A stretch of DNA of 24,289 bases from Prasinococcaceae sp. CCMP 1430 (taxonomy: Eukaryota; Plantae; Prasinodermophyta), in assembly GCA_013416795.1 (NCBI GenBank), contig RQSC01000026.1:270349-294637 (forward strand). The letters are read 5' to 3'. Shown here piece after piece: positions 19,063 to 24,289 of this stretch. The notes beneath the pieces were generated by a model. The model did no database searches. It saw only the letters and a list, made by a program, of their open reading frames with translations, and was not told where the DNA came from. Within the stretch, counting starts at the first letter, position 1. Each line of letters starts with the position of its first letter. Position numbers and translations under genes: made by a program.

Positions 19063-20314
19063 ATGGCGCGCGCGAACGCGCGCGTGCCCAAGGTGGAGAT
19101 CCGGTCGCTGCGCGAGGACGCGATCAACTTCGTGCTGCGCGACACCGACACGAGCGTCGCCAACGCGCTGCGCCGAACGATGATCGGCGAGGTGCCGACC
19201 ATCGCTATCGACCTCGTCATGATGGAGGTCAACACGTCGGCGCTCAACGACGAGTTCATCGCGCACAGACTGGGCCTCGTGCCGCTGGTGTCCGACGCGG
19301 TGGACCTGATGGAGTACGCGAGGGACACCGAGGCCGAGGACGACGAGTGGCCCGCGGGCGTGCCCTTCGAGCTGCACGTCAAGTGCAACAGCGACCTGCC
19401 ACTCGAAGTCACCAGCAGGGACCTCATCAACGTCGGGATGTCGCAGGAGCAAAAGAGCGTCCAGCCGGTGAGTTATGGAATGGGCGCAGCGATGGCCGCT
19501 CGTGCGGCCAGCTGCCACGCCGCACTGTCGCTGGCGTGCTGGCGCTTCGCTGCGAAGCGAGCAACCCTATTTCGCGACGCGCGCTCTGCCGCACACCGAG
19601 GCTCCCGGACGGAGCTGCGGCCTGAGTTGCGGCTGCTAAACACAGCGCCATGTTGCCGATAGGATGCGCCTGGCTGCTGGCACGCGCGCGGACGCCCAGA
19701 GGCTGACGCTGGCATTCACGGGTGCGCTCGCGTCTGCGACGTGCTCTGGTTTCCCGCGCCCGCGCGCATGCTCCATCCCCCACGCCCAGGTGCACTCCTC
19801 CACCCCGGGCGAGGACAGCAAAGGCATCCTGCTTGCCAAGCTGGGTCGGAACCAGGAGATCAAGCTGCGCTGCATCGCCCGCAAGGGCATAGGCAAAGAC
19901 CACGCCAAGTGGAACCCCACGGCGACAACGACGTACCAGTTCCTGCCGGAGATTACGATCAACGACGCGCTCGTGTCGACGCTCAGCCTCAAGGAGAGGC
20001 AGGAGTACGTGGAGGCATGGACAGCCAAGCCGGACAGGCCGGTGGTGCGGCTGAATCCTCAGACGCACGCCATCGAGGTTGTGGACGCGGAGGCGTACAA
20101 CTACGACGAGGAGGAGAAGCTGTGGGCGGAGGAGCATGGGAAGCCCGGCCTGGCGGAGATCGTGCAACGACAGGACACGTTCATCTTCACGGTGGAGTCC
20201 ACCGGAGTGCTCAAGCCGGAGCAAATCCTCCTGTCCGCGATAGAATCGCTCTCGGCAAAGCTCACGAACCTGACGTCGGCCATGCAGCTGTGGGGGCGGG
20301 ACGTCGGCGAGTAG
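19063..20314 (+). CDS. RPB3: RNA polymerase II subunit RPB3; exons 19063-19467 and 19790-20314 (309 aa)
   Basis: ANALRRTMIGEVPTIAIDLV, NDEFIAHRLGLVPL, KLGRNQEIKLRCIARKGIGKDHAKWNP, plant-like EAYNYDEE..GKPGL, FIFTVESTG. Intron 19468-19789 is GTGAGT..CAG, phase 0. Confidence 0.96.
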
Positions 20315-20396
20315 GGCCGGCGAGCCTCAGAAACGCATACAAATAATTAAATCGATTGTAGTACAGTGTCGCACACCGCGCGTCACCATCGTCGCT

Positions 20397-21564
20397 TTAT
20401 GGCTGCACGTTCATCGGACTCGCGGCGTCCGCCCTTGCCACGCACTCCGCCATGATTTCCCAGAACGCGCCCACGTCTACCCTGGTCGCCACCGTGCAGT
20501 TGGGGGGCTTACTAAGCACGCCCAACTTGTCGACGCAAGTCTGCCCAGCGGTGAGCGGATTGGCGCTCGTGTCGACCTCCACGTACCATCTGAGTGAATC
20601 GCAGCGAACAAAGCGCAAGCGGAAGGCGCTCACGCAGCAGTGAGCACAGGGACAGCGGCACGCGCGTCTGCGCCGCTCGGAAACGGCGGGGGCCCACGAG
20701 CGACGCGCGCGCTGCAATGGCCACGCCCTGCGAGGCGCGCGCGCACCTCCTCGTTGTGAAGAGGTCCTTGCGCAGCACCCACAGCACCGCCAGCGGGTCG
20801 TGCAGTGGCGGGTCGTCAAACTCAAACACTGTCTGGTACGTGTCTGCGAAGAAGAGAAGCAGGTCGTGCACGGCCTTGCGGAAGGGCGTCTTGGGCTCGT
20901 CGGCACCTCCGTGCAGCTGACGCAACACAGAGGGAGTCGCGAGGGCGGTGTGAGTGACCTCGAGAGGCACCATGAACAGCGAGCGGACAGGCGCGTCGAA
21001 GACGACCTTGGCGGCCTCGGGATCGCACTGAATGTTGAACTCTTGCGTCACGCCGGTGTTGCCGCCGGTATGTGCGCCACCCATGATGGACACGTCCACC
21101 ATGGGCGCGACGTGCGGGTACACCGACAGGAGGAGCGCCACGTTGGTCAGCATACCCGTCGCGACGAGCTGCACCGGCTCACCCCCGCTTTGCTCGTATG
21201 CACGCGTGATGGCGGCCTCCATGGCGATGATCGCGTGACCCGGCTCCGCATCCTTGTCCGGTTCTGAGAGCTCGGCGCCGCAGAGGCCGGACTCGCCGTG
21301 GATCTCGGGACAGTTAAACGGCGGCCTCAGCAGCGGCTTGGTGGCGCCCGCCCACACCCGCACGTCGGGCCGACCGGCGGCGTGCAGCACGCGCAGCGCG
21401 TTGCGCGTCGTCTTCTGGACGGTTTGATTCCCCGCCACGGCGCTCACGCCGAGCAGCTCCACGCCGTCAGAGTAGCATGCAAGCAGCAGCGCCATCGCAT
21501 CATCATGCCCCGGGTCGCAGTCGAGCCACATGCGGCAAGCGCCGGTCTCGCTTGCGTCAGCCAT
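20397..21564 (-). CDS. Inosine/uridine-preferring nucleoside hydrolase (IUNH family); exons 21564-20747 and 20589-20397 (336 aa)
   Basis: [14 protein letters not shown] catalytic Asp cluster, [54 protein letters not shown]. Intron 20746-20590 is GTGCGC..CAG. Confidence 0.93.
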
Positions 21565-21794
21565 CGGGCGCGCGGCGACGGCCCAGGGGCCGCCCGGCGC
21601 GAGGCAGCGCAGCGGGGCGGACGGGCAGCAGTGTGGCGCGGCAGAGCCTGCAGGCGCGCGGCACGAGGTGGTCCTGCTGCTCCACGCGCGGTCGACGTGC
21701 GTGGTACGGCATGGCGCGTGTTGCGCATCGCACGCAGTACAAACCCTATCCACCCAACCCAATCCCAAAAAATCGAGGCCGCGGGCGGTATTAC

Positions 21795-21816
21795 GTACAG
21801 TGTCGTACAGAGTACA
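21795..21816 (-). terminator. Three TGTAC motifs just after the prpB stop; probable poly(A) signal region
   Basis: GTACA on the + strand at 21795, 21805 and 21812; similar motifs follow other stops (about 1269, about 20357-20365). Confidence 0.5.
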
Positions 21817-21827
21817 CATGGCAGCAC

Positions 21828-22902
21828 TCACTCCTTGGCTCGCGCGGCGGCCGCGTCGACGACGGCCTCGTGTTTGTGGTAGTCGATGACGGCATAGGTC
21901 TCCTCGCGCGTGTGCATGATCTCTAGGGTCCCCGCGTTGGTGCCCTCGTCGAGGATGCGCGTGTACGCCTCCTCTGCCGCGCGGGACATCGCGCGGAACG
22001 CGCTGAGCGGGTAGAGCACCATCGAGCAGCCAGCGTCGGCGAGCTCCTTGGTCGAGTGCAGCGGCGACTTGCCGAACTCGGTCATGTTTGCGAGGACGTG
22101 CACGCCGGGGAGCGCGTCCGAGAACTCTGCGTTGGGGCGTGAGCGCGGGACGCCGGCGGGTGGAGGCGCAGGCGTGAGCACGGGACCTCGCGGGCGCTGT
22201 GAGATGCTCAGCGCGCGGCGAGCCCCTGAGGAGCACGTCTGGACGAGCGTGGCGCGACGTCCTGCGCCGCGGGCGCTCCACCCGTCGCGCGCACGCACTC
22301 TTGTAGTCATCCAGACTGGTGAGTGCCTCGGCGAAGATGGCGTCGGCGCCGCCTTCCTCGACGTACAGCTTGGCCCTCTGGATGGCCGCTTCCATGCCCT
22401 CGACGCCGACGGCATCGGTGCGCGCCATGATGAAGAAATCGGGATCCGAGCGCGCATCGCAGGCCGCCTGAAGGCGCGCGACCATCTCCATGGGTGGCAC
22501 CACCTGCTTGTTCGGCCGGTGCCCGCAGCGCTTGATGGCCACCTGGTCCTCGATGTGGACGCCCCCCACGCCGATCGCCTCCATGTCCTTGATGGTACGC
22601 GCGATGCTCAGCGCACCGCCGAAGCCTGTGTCGACGTCGACGAGCAGCGGCGTGCGGCGGCCATCGACGACGCGCGTGATGCGGCGCGCGTCCTCGACGA
22701 CGTCGGAGAGCGTGGTGACCGCGAGGTCGGGCATGCCCAGCGAGTGCAGCGCCACGCCGCCGCCCGACAGGTACAGCGCCTTGTAGCCGATGCGCTCGGC
22801 CATCTGCGCCGCATACGCCGTCGGCGCGCCCATGATCTGCAGCGGGTGCGACTCGGCAATGGCCTTGCGCAGCGCGGCGCCGGCGGAGCGGGCGAGCGCC
22901 AT
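21828..22902 (-). CDS. prpB: 2-methylisocitrate lyase (PrpB, ICL/PEP-mutase superfamily); exons 22902-22299 and 22126-21828 (300 aa)
   Basis: [42 protein letters not shown] (PrpB-type catalytic loop), [35 protein letters not shown]. Intron 22298-22127 is GTGCGT..CAG, phase 1. Confidence 0.92.
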
Positions 22903-23250
22903 GACGCCTCGGCAAAAGAGTCTCGTGCCCAGGCGTCGGGGTTGTGTGGGGATGGAAGGGGTGAGCGTGATGGGGGACTTGGCAGGGAAGGGAGTGGGTT
23001 GGTGGCGGAAGGGTGAGGGTGGTGGTGGTGGTGGTGGGGAGAGCTAGACGCGTCCGCCGGTGCACCACTCGCGCCGTGTGGCGCTCGCCCGCGCCTCTCC
23101 CCTCCACGCGCCCTTCCCATCTCCCTCCCTCTCTCCGCGCCCCGCAGCGGCGGCGCTGCTGCTCGCAGCTGCGCTCGGCGCGGCCGCCCGGCCGTTTTTT
23201 TCTTCCCCCCTCCCCTCCGCGCCTCGGCACGCGCTGTCCAGATGTCGATG

Positions 23251-23280
23251 CTAACCCTAACCCTAACATTAACCCAAACC
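23251..23280 (+). repeat. Short interstitial telomere-like (CCCTAA) repeat
   Basis: ctaaccctaaccctaac (17 nt perfect), decaying into attaacccaaacc. Confidence 0.75.
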
Positions 23281-23940
23281 AAGGCCGGCAAAGACTCCAA
23301 AGAGAGGGAGGCTGCGTGACGAAACGCCACGGCCGAAACGACGGCAACACCCATGCAAGTCGCGACGGAGCGCGGCGTTGGGCGAATTCGCGCGCGGTCC
23401 GCGCGCCCGCTCGCATCTCCCGTCATATCGGGCGGTTTCGCGGACGACCAATTCGGCGCGCGCGCGCCGACGCGGCTCGGCAGAATTCGAGCGCCGCGCG
23501 CGCGGCGGGAGCACGCACCGCCGCGGACGCGCGCCCGGCGCGGGATTCCGGCGATTCGGGACGCCGCGGCGGGGCCATCGCGCCGCACCCGCCGCGCGCG
23601 CGCGAGGACGCGAAAATCGCGGAAGTGCCGCGTCGAAATGCCACACGCCGCGAATTTTTGTTTTTTTGGTTGCGGGCCCGCGGCCGCCGGCCCCGCGGGT
23701 GCGCCACACGCGCGCGCGCGAATCTCCGGAAGGCGCGGTTTCGCGCAGTTTCGTGGGGGGCGCCCTCGAGCGCCCAAGCCGCGGAGCGCGCGGCGCGAAA
23801 GCGCGCGGACGGCAGGCGCGGGTGACATACGGGAGCACTCCTCGTCGCGCAGAAAGTTTACGGTGGATGGGTTCTGCGCATGCCGTCCCGCGATTCCCAC
23901 CCGGCGCGAATTCGCGGGAGGGTGGGCGCGGAGGTGCGCT

Positions 23941-24227
23941 GCCTCCGGAGGGTGCGGCGGCGGGAGGGGCGGCGGCGGGCGCTTCGGCGGCGGGGGAGGG
24001 AGGTTCGGCGGGAGGGGCGGCGGCCGCGGCGGCGGGCGCTTCGGAGGGTACGACCAGGGCCCGCCCGACGTCGTCGTCGAGGCGGGCACGTGGATCCACG
24101 CGTGCGAGGGCGAGAGCGTCTGCAAGATGACCAACGCCAAGGTGCCGCACTTCAACGCGCCCATCTACCTCGAGAACAAGACACAGGTGGGCAAGGTCGA
24201 CGAGATCTTCGGCCCCATCACCGACAG
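23941..24227 (+). CDS. GAR1: H/ACA snoRNP subunit GAR1; start codon unresolved, 3'-partial (intron begins 24228)
   Basis: RGG/FGG repeats, then [58 protein letters not shown] (GAR1 core). GTGCGC donor at 24228. Absent from the ORF track because it has no stop in the window. Confidence 0.93.
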
Positions 24228-24289
24228 GTGCGCGCGAGCGCGCGAGCGCGCGAGCGCGCGCGCCGGCGGGCGCCGGCGGACGCGGACCG

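Noticed and set aside
9588-22902. ldhA + prpB + nucleoside hydrolase as a metabolic gene cluster
   Set aside because: ldhA is 11 kb away, separated by unrelated housekeeping genes, and no other methylcitrate-cycle genes are present.
23315-23345. TGACGA..GAAAC hammerhead-like spacing with two small hairpins
   Set aside because: The core C3 is replaced by G and stem II cannot close (A/C).
22608-24164. 518-aa minus-strand ORF with a poly-Pro stretch
   Set aside because: Antisense of the GAR1 Gly repeats plus intergenic low-complexity sequence.

Overview
Very GC-rich eukaryotic nuclear DNA with short GT-AG introns; no prokaryotic, CRISPR or mobile-element features are supported. Plant-like RPB3, RWA/CAS1 and AKR2, an OPR-RAP protein and TGTAA/TGTAC 3' signals suggest a green alga, probably an early-branching prasinophyte-grade lineage (inference). 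About 12 compact loci occur in almost strictly alternating orientation: mL59-like/VASt (+), AKR2-like ankyrin (-), RWA/CAS1 O-acetyltransferase (+), large OPR/RAP protein (-), D-lactate dehydrogenase (+), His- and YD/YS-rich type I membrane protein (-), EF-hand/IQ/SAM protein (+), PSMD5-like (-), RPB3 (+), nucleoside hydrolase (-), bacterial-type methylisocitrate lyase (-) and GAR1 (+, partial). Most other ORFs in the six-frame track are GC-driven shadow frames. Main oddities: two places where neighbouring genes collide with ends missing (true fusion/overlap or mis-assembly), an extended GTGCGYGCGC splice donor, an orphan Tyr-repeat surface protein, an RPB3 lacking its zinc cysteines, an intron-containing proteobacterial-like prpB, and a (CCCTAA)-type telomeric motif upstream of GAR1.
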